Assembly (NCBI GenBank): GCA_035692005.1 | Contig: DASSII010000102.1 | Span: forward strand, 135 to 64,134 | DNA: 64,000 bases | DNA from: Candidatus Limnocylindrales bacterium | Lineage (GTDB): Bacteria > Chloroflexota > Limnocylindria > Limnocylindrales > CSP1-4 | Direction: 5' to 3' | Shown here: piece after piece, positions 51,334-60,386 of the stretch | Layout: each line of letters opens with the position of its first letter | How positions within the stretch are numbered: the stretch's first letter is position 1 | Position numbers and translations under genes: made by a program | The notes under the pieces: model-generated | The model's database searches: none | The model's input: the letters and a program-made list of their open reading frames with translations, nothing else | Told to the model about the DNA's origin: nothing

Positions 51334-52056
51334 ATGGAGATCGCCCCCAGGGTGCGCCGCATCGGTTCGACCAAGGTCAACGTCTACCTGATCGAGGAAG
51401 CAGGCGGCGTGACCGTGATCGACGCCGGCCTGCCCGGCTACTGGGCGGACCTCACCAGGGAGCTGGCCGCCATGGACCGGTCACTCGACGATGTCCGGGC
51501 CGTCCTGCTCACCCATGCCCACGACGATCACATCGGCTTCGCCGAGCGGGCGCGCACGGAACGCCGGGTGCCGATCCGGGTCCACGCCGAGGACGCCGGC
51601 CGGGCCCGTGGCGAAGCCGTGCCGAAGAACGAGGGCGGCGGCTCGATCCGGCCGTGGCCGCTCATCACCTTCCTCGCCTTCGGCATCCGGCGTGGGTTCA
51701 TCGGCACCAAGCACATCGGCGCGGTCGACACGTTCGACGACGGCGCGACGCTTGATGTCCCGGGCAGTCCGCGGGTGATCCACGTCCCGGGTCACACGGC
51801 GGGGAGCGTCGCGTTCCACCTGGCCGACCGGAGCACCCTGCTGGTCGGTGACGCGTTCATCACCCTCAACGTCGTCAACGGCGCGACCGGACCGCAGTTG
51901 TTCGCGAACTTCAACCTCGACAACGCCCAGGCGTTGGCGTCGCTCGATCGCTTCGACGGCATCGAGGCCGAGCACGTCCTGCCCGGCCACGGGGAGCGCT
52001 GGACCGGCGGCGTCGCCGAGGCGGTCCGGTTGGCGAGGGCGACGAGCGTGCGGTAG
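51334..52056 (+). CDS. MBL-fold metallo-hydrolase
   Basis: VIDAG, THAHDDHIG, PGHTAGS, VGDA, LPGHG. Confidence 0.88.
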   Translation: MEIAPRVRRIGSTKVNVYLIEEAGGVTVIDAGLPGYWADLTRELAAMDRSLDDVRAVLLTHAHDDHIGFAERARTERRVPIRVHAEDAGRARGEAVPKNEGGGSIRPWPLITFLAFGIRRGFIGTKHIGAVDTFDDGATLDVPGSPRVIHVPGHTAGSVAFHLADRSTLLVGDAFITLNVVNGATGPQLFANFNLDNAQALASLDRFDGIEAEHVLPGHGERWTGGVAEAVRLARATSVR

Positions 52057-52166
52057 GCCGTGCCCCCGAACTCGGCCGGCCCCCCACTCCACCGCGCGCC
52101 ACTAGCGAGCCCGCCGCCTCCGGAGCGCTACACTCGGGCGGTCGTGCTCCGCAGGAGGCCACCCGA

Positions 52167-54080
52167 GTGGCGAAACCCTACGTTCGACTGACCCAGCCCC
52201 TCGTGCGCGACACGAAGGACAGCGACCTGCGTCCCGCGACCTGGGACGAGGCGCTCGATCGCGTGGCCGACGGGTTCCGCGCTGCGAAGGCAGCGCACGG
52301 CCCGACGACCTTCGGCACCTTCAGCTGCAGCAAGGCGACCAACGAGGTCAACTACGCGGCACAGAAGTTCAGCCGGACGATCCTGGGCAGCAACAACATC
52401 GACAGCTGCAACCGGACCTGACACGCCCCGAGCGTCGCCGGTCTGGCGACCGTGTTCGGTGCCGGTGGCGGCACAAGTTCATATCGTGAGGTCGAGGACA
52501 CCGATCTGATCGTCCTGTGGGGCAGCAATGCCCGCGAGACGCATCCGATCTTCTTCCACCACCTGCTCAAAGCCGTCCACAAGGGCGCCCGGCTGTATGC
52601 GGTCGATCCGCGCCGGACGTCGTCGGCGGAGTGGGCCGACACATGGCTCGGCCTCGACGTGGGCAGCGACATCGCGCTTGCCAACGCGGTCGGACGCGAG
52701 ATCATCGCCGCCGGCCTGGCGAACCGCGCGTTCATCGAGCGGGCGACCGTCGACTTCGAGGCCTACCGGGCGAAGGTCGACAGCTACACGCTCGACTACG
52801 CCGAGCGTGAGACCGGCGTGCCGGCAGCCGCCATCCGCGACCTGGCCCATGCCCTCGCGACGGCGCCGCGGGCGATGATCTGCTGGACGCTCGGCATCAC
52901 CGAGCATCACAACGCGGTCGACAACGTCCTCGCCCTCATCTCGCTCGTGCTGCTGACCGGTCACGTCGGCCGCTACGGCAGCGGCGTGAACCCGTTGCGT
53001 GGCCAGAACAACGTCCAGGGCGGCGGCGACATGGGCGCCCTGCCCGACCGCCTCGTCGGGTTCCAGCATGTCGAGAACGACGCACTCCGCTCGAAGTTCG
53101 ACGAGGCGTGGGGCGTGACGGTCCCGCCCAGGCGCGGCTGGCACCTGTCGGGCATGTTCGACGCGATGGAGCGCGGCGACCTGACCGCCGTCTACTGCAT
53201 CGGCGAGAACCCGGTCCAGTCCGAGGCGGACCAGCGCCGGACGATCGGGTTGCTCACCGGCCTCGACTTCCTCGTCGTCCAGGACCTGTTCCTGACCAGG
53301 ACGGCCCAGCTCGCCGATGTCGTCCTGCCGGCCGCGGCGTCGTGGGCAGAGAGTGAGGGCACCGTCACCAACTCCGAGCGGCGGGTCCAGCGGGTGCGCA
53401 AGGCGGTCGAGCCGCCGCCGGGTGCCCGGGACGACCTGGCCATCATCTTCGAGCTCGCGAACCGGATGGGCGGGCAGTGGGGCGAGCCGGACGCCGAGGC
53501 GGTCTGGGACGAGGTCCGCCGCCTGTCGCCGGTCCACACCGGGATGAGCTACCGGCGCCTCGAGGAGCTCGGCGGGCTCCAGTGGCCGTGCTACGACGAG
53601 GACCATCCGGGCGAGCTGTTCCTGCACTCGCGCCTGTGGGAGGATCCCGTGCCGGGCAACCGGGTGCCGTTCGTGCCGGTCGATCATGACCCGCCGATCG
53701 ACAAGCTCACCACGGAGTACCCGATCCGGCTGACCACCGGACGCCGCCTCGATTCGTACAACACCGGCGTCCAGTCAGGCGGCTACACGTCCCCCCTGCG
53801 CCGCGGCGAAACGCTTGACATGTCGCCCGAGGACGCCGAGGCGTACGGGCTGGTCGACGGGGAGCGGGTTCGCGTCACGTCTCGCCGCGGCCAGGTCGAG
53901 GTCCCGATCCGGATCCACGACAGCATGCGCCCCGGGCTGACGTTCATGACCCTGCACTTCCAGGACGACGTCGCCACGAACCTGCTGACGATCGACGCCA
54001 CCGATCCGAAATCGGGCACGGCCGAGTTCAAGGCGACGGCCATCCGCATCGACAAGCTGGAGGCGGCGCTGCCGGCCTGA
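52167..54080 (+). CDS. Selenocysteine-containing formate dehydrogenase catalytic (Mo-bisPGD) subunit; in-frame TGA at 52419-52421 (Sec85); 637 aa
   Basis: ORFs 52167-52421 and 52452-54080 are in frame, joined through DSCNRT-U-HAPSVAGL (compare FdhF CARV-U-HGPSVAGL); LRGQNNVQG; EGT-x-TN-x-ERRVQ; AGGAGG SD. Confidence 0.93.
52434..52450 (+). promoter_or_regulatory. Bacterial SECIS hairpin GTCGCC-GGTCT-GGCGAC
   Basis: Begins 12 nt after the UGA; GGUCU apical loop resembles the E. coli fdhF SECIS. Confidence 0.8.
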
Positions 54081-54129
54081 CCGGACGGTCCGGGTCTGAC
54101 CGGTCGTCGCGGCGCTACACTCGGACACC

Positions 54130-55977
54130 ATGGACCTGCACGTGATCGGGCCGCTCGCGTCGCCAGCCGAGCGTGCCGCGGTGGACAGCGTGCTCGGGCC
54201 GCCCGAGTCGGGCTGGGTCGGCGGGGCTCGTCGACCGGGGATCGACGGCCACGTCGCCCGCGGCGGTCATGCGGTCCGGGCCCGGCGGACGGAATTGCTC
54301 CCCGCGCTCCACGCGGTCCAGGACCGGATCGGCTGGATCAGCCAGCCCGCGCTCAACTACATCTCGCGGCGGCTCGCCGTCCCACCGGCCGAGGCTTACG
54401 GCGTCGCCACGTTCTACGCGCTCTACGCGACGACGCCACGGCCGCCCGTAGTGGCTCACGTCTGCGACGACATCGCCTGCCGCCTGGCGGGTGCGGAACG
54501 GATCTGCGAGGACCTCGAACGAGCGGTCGGGCCGGACGGCGATGCCGCCCGCGACGGCCAGGTCGGCTGGCGTCGTTCGCCGTGCCTCGGTCTGTGCGAC
54601 CTGGCGCCGGCTGCCCTGATCACCCGCGCGGGTGACGTCCCGCAGGTGGCGAGCGCGGCACCCATCGACGCGGCCGGCGTCATCGCCCGGCTCGACGGGG
54701 CCGTGACGGACCGCCCCGCCCCGGCCCTCCGGCAGACCGGCCAGCCCGGACTGCGGCTGCTCCGTCGAGTGGGCGTGGTCGACCCGACCTCGCTCGATGA
54801 CTATCGCGCCCACGGCGGGTATGTCGCCCTGGCGCGGGCGATGGACCTCGGCCCGGCGGGCGTGATCGAGGAAGTGACCGCATCGAAGCTGATGGGCCGC
54901 GGCGGCGCGGCCTTCCCGACCGGTCGCAAGTGGGCGGCCGTGGCCGGTCAGCCGGCCCAGCCCCACTACCTCGTCTGCAATGCGGACGAATCCGAGCCGG
55001 GCACGTTCAAGGATCGGGTGCTCCTCGAGGGCGACCCGTTCGCGACGGTCGAGGCGATGACGATCGCGGGCTTCGCCACCGGCGCCACGCGCGGCTACCT
55101 CTACCTGCGCGGCGAGTATCCCGAGGCCGAGCGACGGGTGCAGGCGGCGATCGAGGCAGCCCGCTCCGCGGGTCTCCTCGGGCCGGACGTGCTGGGCTCG
55201 GGGTTCCCGTTCGACATCGAGCTCCGTCGCGGCGCCGGGGCGTACATCTGTGGCGAGGAGACCGCCCTCTTCGAATCGATCGAGGGCAAGCGCGGCGAGC
55301 CGCGTAACAAGCCACCGTTCCCGGTGGAGGTCGGGCTGTTCGGCAAGCCGACGGTCGTCAACAACGTCGAGACGCTGGCCAATGTCCCGCTCATCCTCGA
55401 GATGGGCGGCGAGGCCTATGCGCAGATCGGCACGGAGGGCTCGACCGGACCGCGGCTGTTCTGCCTGTCGGGCAACGTCGTCCGCCCCGGGGTCTACGAG
55501 GTCGAATTCGGGGCGACCCTCGGTGAGCTCATCGCGATGGCCGGCGGCGTGACCGCGAGCCGCGACATCCGGGCCATCCTGCTCGGTGGCGCGGCGGGCG
55601 TGTTCGTCGGACCGGACGCGCTGTCGATGCCGCTCACCTTCGAGGCGACCCGCGCCGCCGGGGCGACGCTCGGCTCCGGCGTGATCATGGTGTTCGACGA
55701 GACCGTCGACCTGGTCGACACGCTGCGACGGATCGCCCGCTTCTTCCGCGACGAGTCATGCGGGCAGTGCGTGCCGTGCCGGGTCGGCAGCGTCCGCCAG
55801 GAGGAGCTGCTCGCGCGGCTCGCGGCCCGATCCACCGTCCGCTCGCGCGCCGAGGAGCTGGTCCTCCTGCGCGACATCGGCCAGGCGATGCGCGATGCAT
55901 CGATCTGTGGGCTTGGCCAGACCGCGTCCTCGGCCATCGAGTCGGCGCTGCGCACGCCGGGGTTGGTCGCCCTGTGA
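54130..55977 (+). CDS. NuoE-NuoF (FdsG/FdsB-like) fusion, NAD(H)-dependent flavoprotein subunit
   Basis: CDDIAC and CLGLC 2Fe-2S ligands; GRGGAAFPTG, NADESEPGTFKDR, GAGAYICGEETAL, ESCGQCVPCR, SICGLG. Confidence 0.92.
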   Translation: MDLHVIGPLASPAERAAVDSVLGPPESGWVGGARRPGIDGHVARGGHAVRARRTELLPALHAVQDRIGWISQPALNYISRRLAVPPAEAYGVATFYALYATTPRPPVVAHVCDDIACRLAGAERICEDLERAVGPDGDAARDGQVGWRRSPCLGLCDLAPAALITRAGDVPQVASAAPIDAAGVIARLDGAVTDRPAPALRQTGQPGLRLLRRVGVVDPTSLDDYRAHGGYVALARAMDLGPAGVIEEVTASKLMGRGGAAFPTGRKWAAVAGQPAQPHYLVCNADESEPGTFKDRVLLEGDPFATVEAMTIAGFATGATRGYLYLRGEYPEAERRVQAAIEAARSAGLLGPDVLGSGFPFDIELRRGAGAYICGEETALFESIEGKRGEPRNKPPFPVEVGLFGKPTVVNNVETLANVPLILEMGGEAYAQIGTEGSTGPRLFCLSGNVVRPGVYEVEFGATLGELIAMAGGVTASRDIRAILLGGAAGVFVGPDALSMPLTFEATRAAGATLGSGVIMVFDETVDLVDTLRRIARFFRDESCGQCVPCRVGSVRQEELLARLAARSTVRSRAEELVLLRDIGQAMRDASICGLGQTASSAIESALRTPGLVAL

Positions 55978-57071
55978 CCGACGATACGACGGGGCTGTCG
56001 ATGACCCGCGACCCGGCACCCGATCCGGCCACCCCGCATGCCGGTCAGCCGCCGGCCGCCCAGCCGCTGACCGAGATCGTGCTGCAGCCACCGGCCCGGG
56101 CCTCGCGAGTACCGATGGCGCCGGAGATCGAGCCACCGCCGCCGATCGAGATCACGATCGACGGCCGGCCCGTCAGCGTGCCGGCCGGCGCCACCCTGTT
56201 GACCGCCCTGCGCGAGCATGGGGTCGAGACGCCGACGCTGTGCTATGCCGATCACCTGACCCCGGTCAACGTCTGCCGGGTGTGCGTCGTCGAGGTCACC
56301 GGTTCCCGCGTCCTGGTGCCCGCCTGCTCGCGCGTCGCCGAAGCGGGCATGGACGTCCAGACCGACTCGGAACGGGTGCGAACGGCGCGCAAGGTCGTCC
56401 TCGAATTCCTCGGCTCATCGGTCGACGTGTCGCTCAGCGGGCCGGCCGTGCCCGACGGATCCATCCACGACTACATGGACCGCTATGGCGCTGACCCGAC
56501 CCGGTTCGGTCCCCCGGCGCCGCCCGCTCCGGCCGGCGAGCGCGACCGGCACGAGGCCGGTCACCACCACGCGCCGACCGGCGATGCCGCCGCCACCGTC
56601 GCCCAGCCGACGAAGGTCGACAACGAGCTGTACGTGCGCGACTACGCAAAATGCATCCTCTGCTACAAGTGTGTCGAGGCCTGCGGCGAGGACGCCCAGA
56701 ACACGTTCGCCATCGCCGTGGCCGGTCGCGGCTTCGACGCCCGGATCTCGACCGAGCAGGCCGTGCCGTTGCCCGAGTCCGCGTGCGTCTACTGCGGCAA
56801 CTGCATCGGGGTGTGCCCGACGGGCGCCCTGATGGCCAAGCCCGAATACGACATGCGAGCGGCGGGCACGTGGGACCCGTCGGCGCAGACGGTGACCGAG
56901 ACCATCTGCCCGTACTGCGGGGTCGGCTGCGTGGTCGAGCTGCACGTCCAGGACGATCGCGTCCTCAAGGTGACTTCGCCGCTCGACTCGTCGGTCACCG
57001 AGGGTCATCTGTGCGTGAAAGGGCGGTTCGGCTTCGATTTCGTCAACGAGCGGCCGAAGCCCCCCGCCTGA
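55974..57071 (+). CDS. FDH Fe-S subunit (2Fe-2S + 2x4Fe-4S + MopB 4Fe-4S), i.e. the N-terminal module of FdsA/NuoG-type proteins
   Basis: C-Y...VCRVC...C; CILCYKC-x3-C; CVYCGNC-x3-CP; CPYCGVGC...LCVKGRFG. Confidence 0.9.
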   Translation: MTDDTTGLSMTRDPAPDPATPHAGQPPAAQPLTEIVLQPPARASRVPMAPEIEPPPPIEITIDGRPVSVPAGATLLTALREHGVETPTLCYADHLTPVNVCRVCVVEVTGSRVLVPACSRVAEAGMDVQTDSERVRTARKVVLEFLGSSVDVSLSGPAVPDGSIHDYMDRYGADPTRFGPPAPPAPAGERDRHEAGHHHAPTGDAAATVAQPTKVDNELYVRDYAKCILCYKCVEACGEDAQNTFAIAVAGRGFDARISTEQAVPLPESACVYCGNCIGVCPTGALMAKPEYDMRAAGTWDPSAQTVTETICPYCGVGCVVELHVQDDRVLKVTSPLDSSVTEGHLCVKGRFGFDFVNERPKPPA

Positions 57072-57106
57072 TCCGCAGCGCGCATCGGACCCCTGTCAGG
57101 CGCCGA

Positions 57107-57970
57107 TCAACCCCAGCCGCTGAGGTCGCGCAGGTCGATCCGCCGGTCGTGGGCGTACACGTTGAAGCCGTCGCCGCGCAGGAAGCCGACCAGCGTGACC
57201 CCGAGGCGCTCAGCGGTCTCGACCGCCAGATCGGACGGCGCCGACACGGCGCACACGATCGGCACGCCGGCGACGGCCGCCTTCTGGACGATCTCGAAGC
57301 TGACGCGTCCGCTGACCATGAGGATGCGATCGTGGAGCGGCAGGGCACCGGCGAGCAACTGCGAGCCGACGACCTTGTCGAGTGCATTGTGGCGACCGAC
57401 ATCCTCGCGCAGGACGACCAGCTCGCCGACCGGCGTGAACAGGGCAGCCGCGTGCAGGCCGCCGGTCTGATCGAACGCGCGTTGCGCCGCGCGCAGCATG
57501 TCCGGCAGGGCAAGGATCACCGTGCGCGACACGATCGGTCCGTCTGGCAAGGGCGCGCTCCGGACCGCGACCTCGTCGATCGACGCCTTGCCGCAGATGC
57601 CGCATGACGCGGTGGCGATGAACCGTCGCTCAGCCACCACGCCGGCGTCGAACGGGCGCGACAGGCGCACGACGATCGTGTCGTCCGGCTGGCTGAGCGA
57701 CGCAGGGTCACCGCCTTCGGTGCCGACCACCTCCGGGCCCTCGATGAGGCCCTCGCTGCGCAGGAAGCCGACCGCCAGCTCCGCCTCGTGACCGGGGGTG
57801 CGCATCGTGACCGCGACGGCGACCGGGTCCTGATCGGGGCCGGCGGCGCGGATCTCGAGCGGTGCCTCGCCGACGATGCGGTCCGGCCGGACCTCGAGCG
57901 AGGCGCCCCGGACGGTCACGACCGAGCGGGTCGCGATGTGGCGGGTCGGTGGAGCGGAGCCTTCACGCAT
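57107..57970 (-). CDS. fdhD: Formate dehydrogenase accessory sulfurtransferase
   Basis: MRTPG, SCGICGK, TGGLHAAA, EDVGRHNALDK, SGRVSFE, SAPS-x-LA; TACACT 7 nt upstream of ATG. Confidence 0.95.
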   Translation of the reverse strand: MREGSAPPTRHIATRSVVTVRGASLEVRPDRIVGEAPLEIRAAGPDQDPVAVAVTMRTPGHEAELAVGFLRSEGLIEGPEVVGTEGGDPASLSQPDDTIVVRLSRPFDAGVVAERRFIATASCGICGKASIDEVAVRSAPLPDGPIVSRTVILALPDMLRAAQRAFDQTGGLHAAALFTPVGELVVLREDVGRHNALDKVVGSQLLAGALPLHDRILMVSGRVSFEIVQKAAVAGVPIVCAVSAPSDLAVETAERLGVTLVGFLRGDGFNVYAHDRRIDLRDLSGWG

Positions 57971-58079
57971 CGCGGCGAGTGTACTGGTGCCCCCCGTGAC
58001 CGTCGGGGCGTCGTCTCCCCGCGCGTGGACGGCGATACTCCGACGGCCGGCCTCGGCTTCGGCTGCCACGAGGGGAACC

Positions 58080-58817
58080 GTGAACGATTGGGTCTGTGAC
58101 AACTGCAAGTCCATCAACCGCGCATCGGCCGCGTCCTGCTACAGCTGTGGCGGGGTCCGCGAGGTCGTCGACGCGCGCGAGAAGCGGGACCTCGCCAACG
58201 CCGGCACGGGCCTCGATCCGATGCCGGCCGGCGAGGGCCTGGCGCCCTCGCCATCGGGTGGCTCGGGCGTCGGCGCGTTCGCCCTGTCGGGCGCCGCTCC
58301 GGGCGGGCTGATCGGCGACACGTCGAGTGCGATCGGCGCCTTCACTCGCCCGACGTCGGCAGGTCCGGCCGGTGGCGCGGACGTCCTCGGCGGGCTGCTC
58401 GTCGGCGCGCTGGCGGCGATCGTCGCCTCGGCGGTGTGGTACGGCGTCGTGGCGGTCACCAACTATCAGGTCGGCATCGTCGCCATCGCGGTCGGGTTCC
58501 TCGTCGGTCAGGGCGTGGTCCTCGGCGCTCGGCGCCACGGCCACGTCGCGCTGGTGGCGATCTCGGTCGTGTTGACGCTGCTCGCGTTGGCCATCAGCGA
58601 GTACCTGATCGTGGTCCACATCGTCAACCAGGAGCTGGCCGCGGAGGGCGCCTCGGTCGATGTCATCCAGCCCCTCGGTCTGGTGGTCGAGGTCATCACC
58701 GAATCACTGAAGGCCGAGCCCCTGACCCTCGTGTTCTGGGCCATCGCCCTCTTCCAGGCGTTCATCATCCCCGCGCGGATGATCGGCGATCTCGGTCGGC
58801 AGGATCGGCCGGCCTGA
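58080..58817 (+). CDS. Membrane protein with N-terminal RanBP2-type zinc finger
   Basis: WVCDNCKSINRASAASCYSC matches W-x-C-x2-C-x3-N-x6-C-x2-C; Gly/Ala linker; about 4 TM helices. Confidence 0.8.
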   Translation: MNDWVCDNCKSINRASAASCYSCGGVREVVDAREKRDLANAGTGLDPMPAGEGLAPSPSGGSGVGAFALSGAAPGGLIGDTSSAIGAFTRPTSAGPAGGADVLGGLLVGALAAIVASAVWYGVVAVTNYQVGIVAIAVGFLVGQGVVLGARRHGHVALVAISVVLTLLALAISEYLIVVHIVNQELAAEGASVDVIQPLGLVVEVITESLKAEPLTLVFWAIALFQAFIIPARMIGDLGRQDRPA

Positions 58818-58843
58818 CCCGGGCGGCCCCCGGCTCGCCTCCC

Positions 58844-60079
58844 CTAGCGGTCGAGGAACACCGCTCCGCCCAGCGGCCGCAGGCAGTGGGTCGAGCTCAT
58901 CGCCTGGTGGTAGCCACCGGCATTGAGCAGCGCGACGATGTCGCCCTCGTCGACCGGCGGCATCGGGTACGCCTCGGCGAACACGTCACTCGCCTCGTTG
59001 ATGTGCCCGGCGACCGTCACCGTCGCGGTCCGCTCCGCCGCGGCATCGCGACACAGCACCAGCTCCTGGGCGAAACCGTAGATGAAGTACGCGCAATTGA
59101 CGTTCCAGCCGAGGTCCAGCCCGACGAACGTGACGCCGCGCCGTTGCTCGACCGTCACGACCTCCCCGAGCAGGATCCCGGCGTCCTTCGAGAGATAGTC
59201 GCCTGGCTCGGCCGCCACGCGGACCCCGAGCGGCCCGAGGTGGCGGGCCACCGCCGCGGCATACGCCCCGAGGTCGATCGCCTGCTCGTCGGCGCGCGCC
59301 GGCACGCCGAGCCCGCCGCCCACGTTGACCTCCTCGACCGGATGACCCGCGGCGCGCAGCCGTTCCACCGCCTCGACCGCCGCCGGCAGGGCCGCCTCGA
59401 ACCCAGGCAGCCCGTCGGCGAGCCAGCCGGATCCCGCGTGGAAGTGGACGGTGTCGATCGCGAGGTCGTGCCGCGCGACCGCAGCGAGGGCATCGTCGAG
59501 CCGTTCGAGCCCGACGCCGAACTTCGTCGGCCGGGCACCGCTGTACTCGAGCTGCCGGTTGTAGCCCGCCCCGGTCGCGGGATCGATCCGCAGCCCGACG
59601 CGCGTTCCCGGCGCCCGGCGGCCATACCGTTCGAGCTGGCTGATGGCGTCGAGATTGAGGTGGATGCCGTGCGCCAGGAGCACGTCGAGGTCGCGGTCCG
59701 ACACGTTCGTGCCGGTGAAGCTGATCTCATCCGCTTGCCAGCCGCAGGCGAGCGCCCGCTCGACCTCGCCGGGCGAGCAGGCGTCGATTCCCACGCTGGC
59801 CGGGCTGCCCGGCGTCCCGAGGTCGCGCAGCACCGACAGGATCTCGGGCAGCGGATTGGCCTTGAGGGCGAAGCGGAGGCGGAAGGGCAGCCCGGTCGGG
59901 GCGAACGCCGCCTGCATCGCCCGAGCGTTCTCGGCGAACCGGCGGCGGTCATAGGCGAACAGCGGCGTGCCATGCTCGCGCGCCAGCGATTCGGCATCGA
60001 CCCCGGCGATCGCCAGGCGGCCGGCCTCGATGTCCAGCCCGGGACGCACCCACCAGGGCGCACCGACGACGGTGGTCAC
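58844..60079 (-). CDS. lysA: Diaminopimelate decarboxylase-like group IV PLP decarboxylase
   Basis: FALKANP, DACSPGE, HFHAGS, VNVGGG, EPGDY, AGGY; start approximate. Confidence 0.75.
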   Translation of the reverse strand: MTTVVGAPWWVRPGLDIEAGRLAIAGVDAESLAREHGTPLFAYDRRRFAENARAMQAAFAPTGLPFRLRFALKANPLPEILSVLRDLGTPGSPASVGIDACSPGEVERALACGWQADEISFTGTNVSDRDLDVLLAHGIHLNLDAISQLERYGRRAPGTRVGLRIDPATGAGYNRQLEYSGARPTKFGVGLERLDDALAAVARHDLAIDTVHFHAGSGWLADGLPGFEAALPAAVEAVERLRAAGHPVEEVNVGGGLGVPARADEQAIDLGAYAAAVARHLGPLGVRVAAEPGDYLSKDAGILLGEVVTVEQRRGVTFVGLDLGWNVNCAYFIYGFAQELVLCRDAAAERTATVTVAGHINEASDVFAEAYPMPPVDEGDIVALLNAGGYHQAMSSTHCLRPLGGAVFLDR

Positions 60080-60098
60080 GCCGACGCCCCGGCCCGGG

Positions 60099-60368
60099 TC
60101 AGGCGACGACGCGTGGCCGCGACCGGCCCGCTCCGCTCCCCGGCGTCCAGCGGTTCGGTCCCTCCTCGACATCGACCCCGATCGCCTCCACCAGGCGCTG
60201 GCTCGCCGCAGCGACCTCGGCGATGGCGGATTCGAATGCCTCGCGGTTGCGGGCGCTGGGCTCGCGATAGCCACTCAGCTTGCGGACGAACTGGCGGGCG
60301 GCTGCCTCCAGTTCGCCGGTCGTCGCCGTTTCCCCGGGACGACGGAGGGTCTTGATGCTCCGGCACAT
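60099..60368 (-). CDS. DUF2277 family protein
   Basis: MCRSIKTLR...E-x-x-AAARQFVRKLSG pattern. Confidence 0.85.
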   Translation of the reverse strand: MCRSIKTLRRPGETATTGELEAAARQFVRKLSGYREPSARNREAFESAIAEVAAASQRLVEAIGVDVEEGPNRWTPGSGAGRSRPRVVA

Positions 60369-60386
60369 GCGAGTACGGTAGGGCCC
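60369..60386. promoter_or_regulatory. 18-bp bidirectional leaderless promoter (TACGGTA read as TACGGT on + and TACCGT on -)
   Basis: Only 18 nt between the divergent ATGs; -10-like hexamers 7 nt and 6 nt from the two ATGs. Confidence 0.6.

Noticed and set aside
52167-52421. Separate 84-aa ORF, or an fdh pseudogene with a premature stop
   Set aside because: The TGA is in frame at the catalytic Sec/Cys position, has a SECIS hairpin, and selABCD are adjacent
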